From an uncultured Alphaproteobacteria bacterium (GTDB taxonomy: Bacteria; Pseudomonadota; Alphaproteobacteria; Caulobacterales; Caulobacteraceae), in the NCBI GenBank assembly GCA_903860975.1, contig CAIOSI010000001.1, positions 22,403 through 86,402 of the forward strand: a stretch of 64,000 bases of DNA. Reading direction: 5' to 3'. The position numbers and the translations under genes are program-made. Below the pieces are notes generated by a model. That model saw only the letters and a program-made list of their open reading frames with translations. It did not search any database and was not told the DNA's origin. Below, piece by piece: positions 22,666 to 33,088 of this stretch. The number at the start of each line of letters is the position of its first letter. The first letter of the stretch is position 1.

Positions 22666-22981
22666 CCCGACTTGTGCCTCAAGGCCTTTTGGATACAATA
22701 TGTTGGGGTGAACAAACACTGAATCGAGCGAGGTCGCTGATTCGGTCACGATTCGTTGCGGCCGCGTTCCAACGATTCACCACACGCCATTCGTTTTCTA
22801 CCTGTCGATTTCAGAAGACGTTTTCAGTGGGGGTCAGGAGGCAGTGTGCGGAACGCTCTGCAAAAGCCCCGGAAGCGGGGCGGTCATGGCAAAATGGTGA
22901 CGTTCAAATTCACCAACCCCGTGGAAGGGAGATGCCAAGCCCCGCTATCGGCGCTCCCTAGACTGACTTAAGGACTGGCCG

Positions 22982-23734
22982 TTGTTCGCGATCCTGTGCG
23001 CCACCACCGAAGAAATTGCTGCCCTGCGGGCGCAGCTAGACGCCGACCCGCAGCCCGAGCAACACGGCCCGACGCGGGTTTGGCGCGCTCGCCATGCAGG
23101 TGAGCCGCTCGTGTTGGCTCAGGCTGGGATAGGCAAGGTCTACGCCGCTGCTGCCGCCACGCTGTTGCTAAGCCTTTTTGACGTCACAGCCCTGATCTTC
23201 TGCGGGGTTGCCGGCGGTCTCGATCCGGATTTGCCCGTGGGTGCCGTCTTGCTGGCCGATCAGTTGGCGATCCATGACTATGGCGTGATGGCGAGCGGAC
23301 GGCTCACCTCCACGAAATCCGGCCTGGTTCCGCTGGGCGCACCCGAGCTTGCGGCGCTCTCGCCGGTTCCACCAAAGGTGCGGGCCACGCTGGAACACTT
23401 GGCCAAGATCCTCCGCAATCAAATCTCAGCACCTGTGCGCCTGGGCGCGATTGTCACCGCCGACTATTTTCTCAACTGTGCAGAGACGCGCAGCAGCCTT
23501 CACGCCCGGTTTGGCGCCCAGGCGATCGACATGGAATCGGGTGCCGTCAATCAGGTCGCCGAAGCCTGGGATGTTCCGCTCTATGTCATCCGCACATTGT
23601 CCGACCTTGCCGGGGAAGAAAGCCATCTCACCTACCCCCAGATGGCCCAGATGGCGGCACACAACTCGGCGCTCTGCGTCCTAGATCTTTTGACGATCCT
23701 TGGTGTTGTGGACGGCAAGGCTGCCGCTGTCTAA
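22982..23734 (+). CDS. PNP_UDP_1 family nucleosidase (MTA/SAH nucleosidase-like)
   Basis: 250-aa TTG ORF with AQAGIGKV, GVAGGL and DMESGAV motifs. Confidence 0.75.
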   Translation: MFAILCATTEEIAALRAQLDADPQPEQHGPTRVWRARHAGEPLVLAQAGIGKVYAAAAATLLLSLFDVTALIFCGVAGGLDPDLPVGAVLLADQLAIHDYGVMASGRLTSTKSGLVPLGAPELAALSPVPPKVRATLEHLAKILRNQISAPVRLGAIVTADYFLNCAETRSSLHARFGAQAIDMESGAVNQVAEAWDVPLYVIRTLSDLAGEESHLTYPQMAQMAAHNSALCVLDLLTILGVVDGKAAAV

Positions 23735-23773
23735 GGTCTTGCGTCCCTCGAGTTTGTTGCGCCCCCCCTGTCC

Positions 23774-24184
23774 ATGACCGATACTTCCGCCATCGCCGCC
23801 GAACTTCGACGCCTGTTGCCACGCGCTCATGCGCCCTACTCCGGGGTTTGCGTCGCAGCCGCCGTCGAAGGAGCCAACGGGCGGGTGCACTATGGCGTCA
23901 ACGTCGAGAACGCCGCCTACCCACAAGGCGTCTGCGCTGAGGCGAGCGCCATTGGGGCTGCCATAACACAAGGGACGTCTGAGCTGGCGAGGATCTATGT
24001 GGCGTCTTCGCTGCCGGGCCTCGTTTGGCCCTGCGGAGGGTGTCGCCAGAAGATTTTGGAACTGGCCCTTGCGGGATGCGAGGTCATTACATTCGCCGCC
24101 GATGGCGAGGTCGGGCACCAGACGATTGAACAGCTACTGCCTTTGGGGTTCCGACTTCAGCCCAGGGCCGGTCAAGACGCTTAG
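23774..24184 (+). CDS. cdd: cytidine deaminase
   Basis: 136-aa ORF with CAEASAI and PCGGCRQ zinc-ligand motifs. Confidence 0.85.
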   Translation: MTDTSAIAAELRRLLPRAHAPYSGVCVAAAVEGANGRVHYGVNVENAAYPQGVCAEASAIGAAITQGTSELARIYVASSLPGLVWPCGGCRQKILELALAGCEVITFAADGEVGHQTIEQLLPLGFRLQPRAGQDA

Positions 24185-24225
24185 CGGCACTTGCCCGACT
24201 CTCCCGACGCCCCCAAATTCAACAT

Positions 24226-26772
24226 ATGAGCGACCGATCCACAGGCATGGCCCCTGCTCGGCTGGTGGCGGTGCTGGGTCCGACCAACACCGGCAAGACT
24301 CATCTGGCCGTCGAGCGAATGCTTGGCCACGCTTCGGGTATGATCGGTCTGCCGCTCAGGCTCCTGGCCCGCGAGATCTACGACCGTATCGTCAAGCTCC
24401 GCGGCGTACGCGCGGTGGCCTTGATCACGGGCGAAGAGAAGATCATCCCGCCCAGGCCGCACTATTTTGTCTGCACGGTCGAGGCCATGCCGTTGTCGCG
24501 TGAGGTTGAGTTTCTCGCGGTTGACGAAATTCAGCTCTGTGCCGACCCAGAACGCGGACATGTCTTCACGCACCGGCTGTTGCACGCCCGTGGAACGGCC
24601 GAGACCATGCTGCTGGGTGCAGGGACGATGGCCCCGCTGGTCCGCCGCCTCCTGCCGCATGCCGAAATCGTCACGCGCGAGCGCTTCAGCGCCCTGACCT
24701 ATGCGGGCGCCAAGAAGCTCACCCGACTCCCACGCCGCTCAGCCATCGTCGCGTTCAGCTCCGATCAAGTCTACGCCATCGCCGAGTTGATCCGCCGCCA
24801 GCGCGGCGGGGCCGCTGTGGTGATGGGATCTTTGTCCCCGCGTACGAGAAACGCGCAAGTCGCGCTCTACCAGTCTGGAGAAGTCGACTTCCTGGTGGCG
24901 ACAGACGCCATCGGAATGGGCCTGAACATGGACGTCGACCATGTGGCTTTTGCGGGTCTGAAGAAGTTCGATGGCAAACGCACGCGTTGGCTTTATCCTC
25001 AGGAAGTCGGCCAGATCGCCGGTCGGGCCGGACGCTATCAGCGCGATGGAACATTTGGCGTTACTGGCGAGGCTGATGACATGGACGATGATCTCGTCCG
25101 TGCCGTCGAAGCCCACCACTTCGAGCCTGTGACCGACGCAGAGTGGCGAAACTCCAAGCTCGACTTCGGAAACCTATCTAACTTACTGAAATCACTAGCG
25201 AAGACGCCTGATCGCGAAGGATTGAAGCTTTCGGCCGAGGCGCTCGATGAGACGACCCTGCGGCATCTGGCGCAAGACCCGCAGATTGTCGAGCGCGCCC
25301 GCGGGCGCGCGGCCATAGAGAGGCTGTGGGAATGCTGCCAGACGCCGGATTTCCGGAAACTGGCCCTCGACGAGCACATGGGCCTTGCGAAGGAATTTTT
25401 CCTGCATCTGACCACCGGCCGACAGCGGATCCCGGAGGACTGGATCGGGCGTCAATACGCTCAACTCGACCGCATCGACGGGGAGATCGACACGCTGGCG
25501 GCTCGCCTTTCGAGCGTGCGGACCTTGGCCTACGTGGCCAATCGGCCCGATTGGCTAGCCGATCCGGCCGGGTGGCAGAGCAAGATGCGTCAGTTGGAGG
25601 ACCGGCTGTCCGACACCCTCCATGAAAAACTCATGGCCCGGTTCGTCGACCGGCGCACCAGCGCGCTCATGCGCGGCCTACGGGTGCGACAGGACATGTT
25701 GGCAGGTGTCGGCGCAGATGGCGCGGTGACCGTCGAGGGCCACTTCGTCGGTCGATTGACCGGAGTGCAGTTCGAGGCAGCGCATGGCACCTCGGTCCTG
25801 GAGGAGAAGGCGCTGCGGGCCGCTGCCACCCATGCTGTCGGACCAGAGATCGGGCGAAGGCTAGGTAAGCTGGCCGCTGAACCGGACGAGGCCTTCGCCC
25901 TTACGCCCGACGGTGTCGTGCTTTGGCGGGGCGAGGCGGCGGGCGTGCTTGGTGGCGGTGAGCCATTCCGGCCGCGTGTGCGCCTATTGGGCGAGATCGG
26001 CCATGACGCGGCACGGCAGCGGGCGGCCCACCGTCTGGAAGCCTTCGTAACGGGCGAGGCGGGCCGCCGTCTGGGTGCGCTTCGCAAACTCGAGGCGGCC
26101 GTGGCGGATGGCAAAATCAAGGGGCTGGCACGCGGCCTGGCCTTCCGGCTGATTGAGGCCGGCGGCGTACTGGACCGCAATGTGGTCCGCGCTGAAGCCC
26201 GTGCGTTGAGCCAGGTGGAACGACGCATGCTGCGCGGCCTTGGCGTCAAACTGGGCGCATTTTCCGTATACATGCCAGCATTGTTACGGCCCGAAGCCCG
26301 TGCGCTGACCCAAGCGCTGGCGAGACGCGATAGTCTGAACTGGCGACCGGACGTCGCAGAGCCTTCCCGGCTGCCAGCCCAGGCGCCTTCGCCCCGTTCC
26401 CTATCTGCATTTGGCCTGCGCGCCGTTCAGGGCCTGGCCGTGCCGGTTGAGCAACTGGAGCGGCTGGATGAATTCCTGCGCGCAGGCCTTAAGCAAAACG
26501 GGGGTGTCGTGCTGTCAGATCAAGCCCGTGAAGACCTCGGGTGGAGCGCCGACCAGACGCGCGAAATCCTTAGAGGACTAGGCTTTGCGCCGATCAAACG
26601 GCCCGATCAACCCGTCGCCTGGCGCCGCCGCGCCGAGCGCGAGTTTGCCATTGAACATCGGCCAATCGTGGCGCCCAACTCCCCCTTCGCCGCGCTCGCT
26701 GCCCTGAAGGGGGAGGCCGCGCCGGTCACTCGGCGACGTCGCCGTGTGCGCGCCAGGACGTCTAAGCCATGA
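24226..26772 (+). CDS. SUV3-like helicase-related protein
   Basis: 848-aa ORF with GPTNTGKT (Walker A), VDEIQL and a helicase C-terminal domain, followed by a long helical C-terminal extension. Confidence 0.8.
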   Translation: MSDRSTGMAPARLVAVLGPTNTGKTHLAVERMLGHASGMIGLPLRLLAREIYDRIVKLRGVRAVALITGEEKIIPPRPHYFVCTVEAMPLSREVEFLAVDEIQLCADPERGHVFTHRLLHARGTAETMLLGAGTMAPLVRRLLPHAEIVTRERFSALTYAGAKKLTRLPRRSAIVAFSSDQVYAIAELIRRQRGGAAVVMGSLSPRTRNAQVALYQSGEVDFLVATDAIGMGLNMDVDHVAFAGLKKFDGKRTRWLYPQEVGQIAGRAGRYQRDGTFGVTGEADDMDDDLVRAVEAHHFEPVTDAEWRNSKLDFGNLSNLLKSLAKTPDREGLKLSAEALDETTLRHLAQDPQIVERARGRAAIERLWECCQTPDFRKLALDEHMGLAKEFFLHLTTGRQRIPEDWIGRQYAQLDRIDGEIDTLAARLSSVRTLAYVANRPDWLADPAGWQSKMRQLEDRLSDTLHEKLMARFVDRRTSALMRGLRVRQDMLAGVGADGAVTVEGHFVGRLTGVQFEAAHGTSVLEEKALRAAATHAVGPEIGRRLGKLAAEPDEAFALTPDGVVLWRGEAAGVLGGGEPFRPRVRLLGEIGHDAARQRAAHRLEAFVTGEAGRRLGALRKLEAAVADGKIKGLARGLAFRLIEAGGVLDRNVVRAEARALSQVERRMLRGLGVKLGAFSVYMPALLRPEARALTQALARRDSLNWRPDVAEPSRLPAQAPSPRSLSAFGLRAVQGLAVPVEQLERLDEFLRAGLKQNGGVVLSDQAREDLGWSADQTREILRGLGFAPIKRPDQPVAWRRRAEREFAIEHRPIVAPNSPFAALAALKGEAAPVTRRRRRVRARTSKP

Positions 26773-27053
26773 ATGAGGAGGCCTGCCGGGCCGATGTCTG
26801 GCTCTGGCGCGCTCGCTTCTTCAAGACCCGCACCCTGGCGGCGAATTTCATCGACGAAGGCCGCATTCGCTTGACCCGGGTTGGCTTCGAAGGTCGCATC
26901 GACAAGCCCGCTCGGCCAGTGAAGGTCGGGGATGCGGTGGTGTTCGCTCTGGGCGGCAAGCTGATCGCCGTGACGGTGACTGCCCTGGGAGAACGGCGCG
27001 GACCACCGGCCGAAGCCAGGACCCTCTATTCGCCGTTGGAGATTTACTCGTAG
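26769..27053 (+). CDS. S4 RNA-binding domain protein (Hsp15-like)
   Basis: 94-aa ORF with ATGA overlap to the helicase stop. RADVWLWRARFFKTRTLA matches an S4 motif. Confidence 0.8.
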   Translation: MNEEACRADVWLWRARFFKTRTLAANFIDEGRIRLTRVGFEGRIDKPARPVKVGDAVVFALGGKLIAVTVTALGERRGPPAEARTLYSPLEIYS

Positions 27054-27142
27054 CTGGCGGCGCTGCGCCGCATTGACAAGCCCGGTCCGGACCGTGAAAA
27101 ACCCGCGCCTTACCTCGCCAGTTCGGAGGCTGCTACCTCGCC

Positions 27143-27484
27143 ATGACCTACATCGTGATGGATCCTTGCATCAAATGTAAGTTCATGGACTGCGTGGAAG
27201 TGTGCCCGGTCGACTGTTTCTACGAGGGCGAGAACTTCCTGGCGATCAATCCCGACGAGTGCATCGATTGCGGGGTCTGTGAGCCGGAGTGCCCTGTGGA
27301 TGCGATCAAGCCGGATACCGAAGACGATGCCGACGGAAAGTGGCTAAGAATCAACTCCGAATATTCGCGGGTCTGGCCAAACATCACGGTAAAAGGACAG
27401 GCACCTGCCGACGCTGAAGCTTTCGAGCGCGAGACAGGCAAACTTGAGAAGTACTTCTCTGAGAAACCCGGCCGAGGCTCCTAA
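27143..27484 (+). CDS. fdxA: ferredoxin FdxA (7Fe type)
   Basis: [41 protein letters not shown]. Confidence 0.92.
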   Translation: MTYIVMDPCIKCKFMDCVEVCPVDCFYEGENFLAINPDECIDCGVCEPECPVDAIKPDTEDDADGKWLRINSEYSRVWPNITVKGQAPADAEAFERETGKLEKYFSEKPGRGS

Positions 27485-27808
27485 GTCCTACGGGACGCCT
27501 ATTGCTGCGACAGCATGCCCACCGGGGGCAACCCTTTCATTCCGCTTCATTTTATGATACCGATTTGCTCGATGTGGCAGTTCAGGCGTCACGCCGTGTC
27601 TCATTGGTTTCGATGAAACGCCATTGCGGCGCGGTCCAAGAGGGACGGCTCCGGCAATCCGGCGAAGGGTGTCTTGAAAGGTTAATTCCGTTCCAACTGG
27701 CGAGGCCGCCGCGCCCCCTTCGCGGAGAGCGTGGTTTTGTCATTTAACGGATGGGCGTCAAAGGTCGGGCCAGAAAGCCTGGTCGTGTATTTTGAGAAGG
27801 ATGCTTCC

Positions 27809-28318
27809 ATGAGCAAGAGCGGTCACGATTTCTCGGTTGGCGATCACGTCGTCTATCCGGCCCATGGCGTGGGTCAGGTTCAAGGGATCGAAACTCAAGA
27901 AGTCGCTGGGCTGCAGCTCGAAGTCTACGTCATCACATTTGACCACGAAAAAATGACTCTGCGCGTGCCGACCGCCAAAGCGCGCACTGCGGGTCTGCGG
28001 GGCCTAGCTGAAACCAACGTCGTCACACAGGCGCTGACCACCCTGAAGGGCCGCGCCCGCGTCAAGCGCACCATGTGGAGCCGCCGCGCTCAAGAATATG
28101 AAGCCAAGATCAATTCCGGCGACCTGATCTCCATCGCCGAGGTGGTCCGCGACCTGCACCGCGCCGAGAACCAGCCAGAGCAGTCCTATTCGGAACGTCA
28201 GCTCTATGAATCGGCGTTAGATCGCATGGCCCGCGAGGTCGCCGCCATCGAACGCATCGACCGCGACGCGGCTATCGGCATCCTCAACAAGTCTCTGATC
28301 AAGGCCGTCGCCGCCTAA
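27809..28318 (+). CDS. carD: CarD/CdnL family transcriptional regulator
   Basis: Start at MSKSGHDFSVGDHVVYPAHGVGQV (GAGAAGGA upstream). 169 aa. Confidence 0.9.
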   Translation: MSKSGHDFSVGDHVVYPAHGVGQVQGIETQEVAGLQLEVYVITFDHEKMTLRVPTAKARTAGLRGLAETNVVTQALTTLKGRARVKRTMWSRRAQEYEAKINSGDLISIAEVVRDLHRAENQPEQSYSERQLYESALDRMAREVAAIERIDRDAAIGILNKSLIKAVAA

Positions 28319-28345
28319 GCCATCGCTAACAAATTGGCTTGCCAG

Positions 28346-28377
28346 ACGCCCGGGCTCAACCCCGGGCGTTTTCGTTT
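28346..28377 (+). terminator. rho-independent terminator of carD
   Basis: ACGCCCGGG-ctcaac-CCCGGGCGT hairpin followed by TTTCGTTTG. Confidence 0.7.
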
Positions 28378-28437
28378 GCGCCCTTGTTGATCACGGCCCA
28401 GCCTCCAGCAACGACTGAAACGTGGGAGGTCAGGACC

Positions 28438-29703
28438 ATGGCCCATGATGCCGACGCAATTGCCAAGCAAGCCCGCGAGCAGGCCTACGACACGCCCCTT
28501 GAGGACTTCCAGGTCGCCGACGTAAGCCACTTCACCAACGACACCCACTGGGCCTGGTTCGAACGGCTGCGAAGGGAGGATCCGGTTCACTACTGCCCGA
28601 CCAGCGAATACGGGCCTTACTGGTCGGTGACCCGATTCCAGGACATCGTGGCGGTGGATTCCAACCACGAGGCCTTCTCCTCGTCCTCAGAGCTCGGCGG
28701 CATCATGATCGCCGATGCAAAGGAGCCCCGCGCGGGCTCCAGCTTCATTGCGTTGGACCCACCTGACCATGACGCCCAGCGGCGGGTTGTCACGCCGACC
28801 TTCTCCACGGCCGGGATGGCGGCCATGGAGCCATTGATCCGCCAGCGCGCCGCAGCGATTCTTGACGAACTGCCAGTGGGCGAAACCTTCGACTTCGTCG
28901 ACAAGGTATCGATCGAGCTAACAAGCCAGATGCTAGCGACGCTGTTCGACTATCCGTTCGATCAGCGTCGCAACCTGCCAAAGATCTCCGACATGGCGCT
29001 TTCGGGACCGCCGCAGGCCGGCATGACCATGGAACAGATGGTCGAGCGACAGCAGGCCTTTGTGCCCTTGGTGATGCCGTTCATCGGACTGTGGGACGCC
29101 CGCAAAGACGGCCCGCCGGCCAACGATTTGATCTCCTTGCTCAGCCACGACCCAGTGACACGTAAGAACGACCAGCCGGAAGGCTACTTTGGAAACATTA
29201 TGCTGCTGACGGTGGCCGGCAGCGACACCACACGCCATTCGATCACGGGCGCGCTGATGGCGTTTCAGAGCGATCCAGCGGCCTACGATCGCCTTCGCGC
29301 AAATCCGGAGCTTCTAGAATCAGCAGTGCCTGAGATCGTCCGATGGCAGAGCCCGGTGGCTCATATGCGCCGCACCGCGACGCGTGACTTCGAGTTAGGC
29401 GGCAAATCCATCAAGACGGGCGACAAAGTGGTCATGTGGTATGTCTCGGGGAACCGCGACGATGAGGTGATAGATCAGCCAGATCGCTTCATTATCGACA
29501 GGGAGCGGCCGCGCCAGCATGTCGCCTTCGGCTTTGGCATTCACCGTTGCCTCGGCAACCGCCTGGCCGAGATGCAGCTTAAAGTCGTCTGGGAAGAGAT
29601 CCTCAAGCGCTTCGAGCGCATCGAAGTCGTGGGCGAGCCTCGGCGATTGAAATCCAACTTCGTGAAGGGCTATGAGGCCCTGCCTGTACAGATCGTCCGA
29701 TAA
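28438..29703 (+). CDS. cytochrome P450
   Basis: Start at MAHDADAIAKQ (GGGAGG upstream). AGSDTT I-helix motif and FGFGIHRCLG heme-thiolate loop. Confidence 0.9.
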   Translation: MAHDADAIAKQAREQAYDTPLEDFQVADVSHFTNDTHWAWFERLRREDPVHYCPTSEYGPYWSVTRFQDIVAVDSNHEAFSSSSELGGIMIADAKEPRAGSSFIALDPPDHDAQRRVVTPTFSTAGMAAMEPLIRQRAAAILDELPVGETFDFVDKVSIELTSQMLATLFDYPFDQRRNLPKISDMALSGPPQAGMTMEQMVERQQAFVPLVMPFIGLWDARKDGPPANDLISLLSHDPVTRKNDQPEGYFGNIMLLTVAGSDTTRHSITGALMAFQSDPAAYDRLRANPELLESAVPEIVRWQSPVAHMRRTATRDFELGGKSIKTGDKVVMWYVSGNRDDEVIDQPDRFIIDRERPRQHVAFGFGIHRCLGNRLAEMQLKVVWEEILKRFERIEVVGEPRRLKSNFVKGYEALPVQIVR

Positions 29704-29715
29704 GGTCTCTTTGCC

Positions 29716-31008
29716 TTAGACGCTGTCCAGGAGCACCACCTCGTCGATTGCGCCGCGCGCGAGCTCAACCCGCAGCTTGTCGCGGTCGAGATCGCCTTCC
29801 CACCTGGCGATGACAAGGGTTCCGACGCCATTGCCGACGAAGTTCGTCAGAGCTCGACATGCGCTCATGAAACGGTCGACGCCGACCAAGAGCGCAAGCG
29901 CCGCAATCGGTAGATCCGGTATGACTGCCAAGGTGGCGGCAAGGGTAATAAACCCTGCGCCGGCCACGCCGCTGGCTCCCTTGGACGTCAGCATCGACAC
30001 GCCCAGCAGCGTCGCCTCTTGCCCTAGGGTTAGGGGCGTATTGGTCGCTTGCGCCAGGAACAGCGTTGCGAGCGTCATATAAATGTTTGTGCCATCGAGG
30101 TTGAACGAATACCCGGTCGGGATGACTAGGCCGACGGTCGTCTTGCCCGCGCCTAGCCTTTGTAGTTTGGCCATAATCAGCGGCAGAGCCGCTTCCGACG
30201 ACGACGCGCCGAGCACAATCAGCAGCTCGTCACGAATGTAGGCTAGGAATTTGAGGATCGAGAAGCCGCTGAGCCAGGCAGCGGCGCCTAGGACAATCAA
30301 AATGAAAAGCAGGCTCGTCAGGTAGAAGGTGGCGACCAAAGCGCCCAGGTTGACCAGAGAGGCGACGCCAAATTTGCCGATGGTGAAGGCCATGGCCCCG
30401 AAGGCACCGAGCGGGGCAAACCGGACGATCACCCCGATGATCCCGAAGAACAGCTTGGCGATTCCTTCGAGAACGCCAGCGGCCTTGTCACCGAACTCGC
30501 CAAGCCCCGTACAAGCAAACCCCGTCAGGATGGCGATCAACAGGACCTGCAAAAGATCGCCGCCTGCGAAAGCGCTGGTGAAGGTCTCCGGGATCAGGTT
30601 CATCAGATGGTCGACCAAGCTTTCGCCATGGGCAGCCTTGGCGGCGTAGCCCGCGCCGATCGCGGGATCGAGGGTCGACGGGTCGATGTTGAAGCCTGCG
30701 CCGGGGTGCAGCATAGTTCCGACCACCAGGCCGATGATCAACGCGAAGGTCGAGACGATCTCGAAGTAGATCAGTGTTCGCAGGCCAAGCCGCCCGAGGG
30801 CCTTCAAATCGCGCATGTGGGCAATGCCTGAGGCCACGGTGCAGAAGATCACAGGCGCGATCGCCATCTTCACCAACTTGATGAAGGCATCGCCCAGCGG
30901 CTTCATGGAGGCACCGAAGTGCGGCCAAAGCCAACCCGCCAGAGCCCCCAAGGCTGTGGCTACCAGCACCTGTACCCAGAGCTGGCGAAAATGACGCAAG
31001 AAACTCAT
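29716..31008 (-). CDS. dctA: dicarboxylate/amino acid:cation symporter (DctA-like)
   Basis: 430-aa polytopic ORF with DAACS-family-like sequence throughout. Confidence 0.85.
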   Translation of the reverse strand: MSFLRHFRQLWVQVLVATALGALAGWLWPHFGASMKPLGDAFIKLVKMAIAPVIFCTVASGIAHMRDLKALGRLGLRTLIYFEIVSTFALIIGLVVGTMLHPGAGFNIDPSTLDPAIGAGYAAKAAHGESLVDHLMNLIPETFTSAFAGGDLLQVLLIAILTGFACTGLGEFGDKAAGVLEGIAKLFFGIIGVIVRFAPLGAFGAMAFTIGKFGVASLVNLGALVATFYLTSLLFILIVLGAAAWLSGFSILKFLAYIRDELLIVLGASSSEAALPLIMAKLQRLGAGKTTVGLVIPTGYSFNLDGTNIYMTLATLFLAQATNTPLTLGQEATLLGVSMLTSKGASGVAGAGFITLAATLAVIPDLPIAALALLVGVDRFMSACRALTNFVGNGVGTLVIARWEGDLDRDKLRVELARGAIDEVVLLDSV

Positions 31009-31074
31009 ACGCCGTCGCCCTACTGATCACGGCGTTTGCACGCCCCCAACCTTAGGCTATCACACACATCGCGT

Positions 31075-31151
31075 GGCCCGGTAGCTCAGCCGGATAGAGC
31101 AGAGCTTTCCTAAAGCTAAGGTCGGGGGTTCGAGTCCCTCCCGGGCCGCCA
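31075..31151 (+). tRNA. tRNA-Arg (anticodon CCU)
   Basis: 77-nt cloverleaf read by hand. Acceptor GGCCCGG/CCGGGCC, D arm GCTC..GAGC, anticodon loop TTCCTAA (U33, CCT, A37), T arm GGGGG-TTCGAGT-CCCTC, discriminator G, encoded CCA. Confidence 0.9.
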
Positions 31152-31347
31152 CTCCGACTTTTGCAACTTGTCTCCGCTTTGGCAGGCGTCGCGAAATCGG
31201 GGGTTATTCCAACGCTGTAGGGGCGCTCAAACCGTCATTCGGCCTTGCGCCGTGCTGGCGAAACTACCGCCTCTTGGCCCAAGGCGTCCTTGCGTCAGCG
31301 GGAGGCGCGACGGATTTGCTGACGGGCCGATCGGTGACCATTCAAAA

Positions 31348-31390
31348 TGTATATACGATTTAGTTTGCAGGCTGCCGTGATTGTATATAC
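31348..31390 (+). promoter_or_regulatory. two copies of the palindrome TGTATATAC upstream of brnT (candidate operator)
   Basis: TGTATATAC at 31348-31356 and again at 31382-31390 (34 bp apart). The second copy ends 10 nt before the brnT GTG. The patch is AT-rich within GC-rich DNA. Confidence 0.45.
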
Positions 31391-31399
31391 AAAATAGTC

Positions 31400-31657
31400 G
31401 TGGACATCGAATTCGACCCCGCGAACGACGCCGCCAAACACGGCATCTCGCTATCTGAAGCCGCCGAGTTCGATTTCACTGCCGCCGTCGTCACCGTTGA
31501 TGACCGCTTCGACTACGGCGAGGTTCGCTTCCGGGCCTTTGCGTATGCGAATGGCCAAGGCCGATGCCTGGTGTTCACCGCGACCAACTCGACCACCATC
31601 CGCGCCATCATCTACCGACGCGCCAGACAAAAGGAGATGCAGCGCTATGGCCTCTAA
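31400..31657 (+). CDS. brnT: BrnT family toxin (DUF497)
   Basis: 85-aa GTG ORF. FDPANDAAKHGISLSEA...GEVRFRAF...IRAIIYRRARQKEMQRY fits the BrnT pattern. Confidence 0.8.
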   Translation: MDIEFDPANDAAKHGISLSEAAEFDFTAAVVTVDDRFDYGEVRFRAFAYANGQGRCLVFTATNSTTIRAIIYRRARQKEMQRYGL

Positions 31658-31928
31658 GCCTGTGACGCCAGATCACCCCGACTTCGACGACAATCCCGAA
31701 TGGACCAAAGCGGATTTCGCCAAGGCGCGGCCGGCCTCGGAGGTGCTTCCGGCCGAACTCTATCGGTCTCTCACACGCGGTCGCGGGCCGGCGAAGCAGC
31801 CGACGAAGACGCCCGTCTCGATCCGGCTGTCCGCGCGCGTTCTGGACCACTACCGCTCGCAAGGCGTCGGCTGGCAAACGCGGTTGAACGCGGACCTTGA
31901 GGCTCTGATCGGAACACGGGGGGACTAA
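31647..31928 (+). CDS. brnA: BrnA antitoxin family protein
   Basis: ATG at 31647 (AAGGAG upstream) overlaps the brnT end by 11 nt. DDNPEWTKADFAKARP...TKTPVSIRLSARVLDHYRSQGVGWQTRLN fits the BrnA pattern. Confidence 0.8.
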   Translation: MASKPVTPDHPDFDDNPEWTKADFAKARPASEVLPAELYRSLTRGRGPAKQPTKTPVSIRLSARVLDHYRSQGVGWQTRLNADLEALIGTRGD

Positions 31929-32128
31929 GCGGCGGCGCAGCAACGCTCCGACGGCCGTTGGGCATCGAGCGGTTTGTTCACTTTTTGTTCTTTATTCTTG
32001 CGCGCATTTCTGCGAGGCTGTCGCCAGCGTGAAGTTCTGCGCCCGCCGCCACTCAATCATCGTCGGTCCGCCTGCCCTCACGCTGATCCCGAAACCCACA
32101 CGCTGTTCCGCGCTGCCCGGCGCCGTGA

Positions 32129-32842
32129 TTACGCGGCCGCCGTTGCTGCGGCCCACGTCTGATGGGCCTCGGCCCGGAACAGGCGAAGGGTCGGTCGGCG
32201 GATCAGGTGGGGCTGGAGATTGAAGACGTTGTAGACGGCGGCGTGGGTGGCGAGGAACCTCTGAGCGGAAGCTCGGGACTTGAATTTCCGCTGCTTTCGC
32301 TCGCGTCGCCGGATCGGCAAATGAGAGTTTTCCGCCCGATTATTCTCACGCATCCCGCCAGGTCGATGGCGCTCGGTCAGGCCGAGATCCCGGGCCGCGG
32401 CGCGGTACGAAGCCAGCTTGTCGGTGATGATCGCCTCGGGGTGAACGCCCTGGTTCTTGAGCAATTTCCTCAGCAGCTTCAGCGCCGCCGCCTTATTGCG
32501 ACGCTCCTGGACCAGCATGTCCAGGACCTCGGCCTCGTCGTCGACGGCGCGCCATAGGTACATCCGCTTGCCGCCGATCTTCACGACCATCTCATCCAGA
32601 TGCCAGCGTCCGCTCGGCCTGGGTCGCGAACGCCGCAGGTTGTACGCGAACTGCCGGCCGAACTTCAGCGTCCAGCACCGGATCGTCTCATAGCTGACCT
32701 CGATCCCTCGCTGGGCCAGCAGGTCCTCGACGTCCCTGAAGCTCAAGGTGAACCGGAAATACAGCCACACCGCATGGCGGATCACAGCAGCCGGGAACCG
32801 GTGGCGCTTGTACGAAATCGGTCTCACGGGCCGCTCCATCAT
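32129..32842 (-). CDS. IS6 family transposase (intact-looking ORF)
   Basis: 237-aa ORF with ISYKRHRFPAAVIRHAVWLYFRFTLSFRDVEDLLAQRGIEVSYETIRCW..WHLDEMVVKIGGKRMYLWRAVDDE..TDKLASY..ENNRAENSH. Confidence 0.9.
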   Translation of the reverse strand: MMERPVRPISYKRHRFPAAVIRHAVWLYFRFTLSFRDVEDLLAQRGIEVSYETIRCWTLKFGRQFAYNLRRSRPRPSGRWHLDEMVVKIGGKRMYLWRAVDDEAEVLDMLVQERRNKAAALKLLRKLLKNQGVHPEAIITDKLASYRAAARDLGLTERHRPGGMRENNRAENSHLPIRRRERKQRKFKSRASAQRFLATHAAVYNVFNLQPHLIRRPTLRLFRAEAHQTWAAATAAA

Positions 32843-32891
32843 GGCCCAACGGCCATATCTGGAGACGTGTTAGCGTTTGCCTGCCAGCACC
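32129..32891 (-). mobile_element. IS6-family element, copy 1 (right end defined, left end not resolved)
   Basis: Right terminal repeat GTTTGCCTGCCAGCACC at 32875-32891 matches copy 2's right end at 16/17. I could not find a convincing left repeat within about 120 bp of the transposase stop. Confidence 0.7.
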
Positions 32892-33088
32892 CATTTGGCG
32901 ACCTTCTTCTTACAAGGCCCCCGCTTGGCCGGGGCTTATCAGACAGCCTGTCTAGGATCCGTTGGAGATCTGCACGTTCAAATTGGGCGGCGGGGCCATC
33001 ACCGTACCCGCTCGGCGAGCTCGAAGCCTGGGACCGCAAAAACGTCGTTGAGTGCCGTGCGGCCCGGTGAGCGACCGGGACGGACAAG

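Noticed and set aside
32015-32083. Candidates for the missing left inverted repeat of IS6 copy 1 (GAGGCTGTCGCCAGCG, GGTCCGCCTGCCCTCAC).
   Set aside because: Only about 7/17 identity to the expected repeat. The second candidate looks more like a direct than an inverted copy. Not reportable as a boundary.
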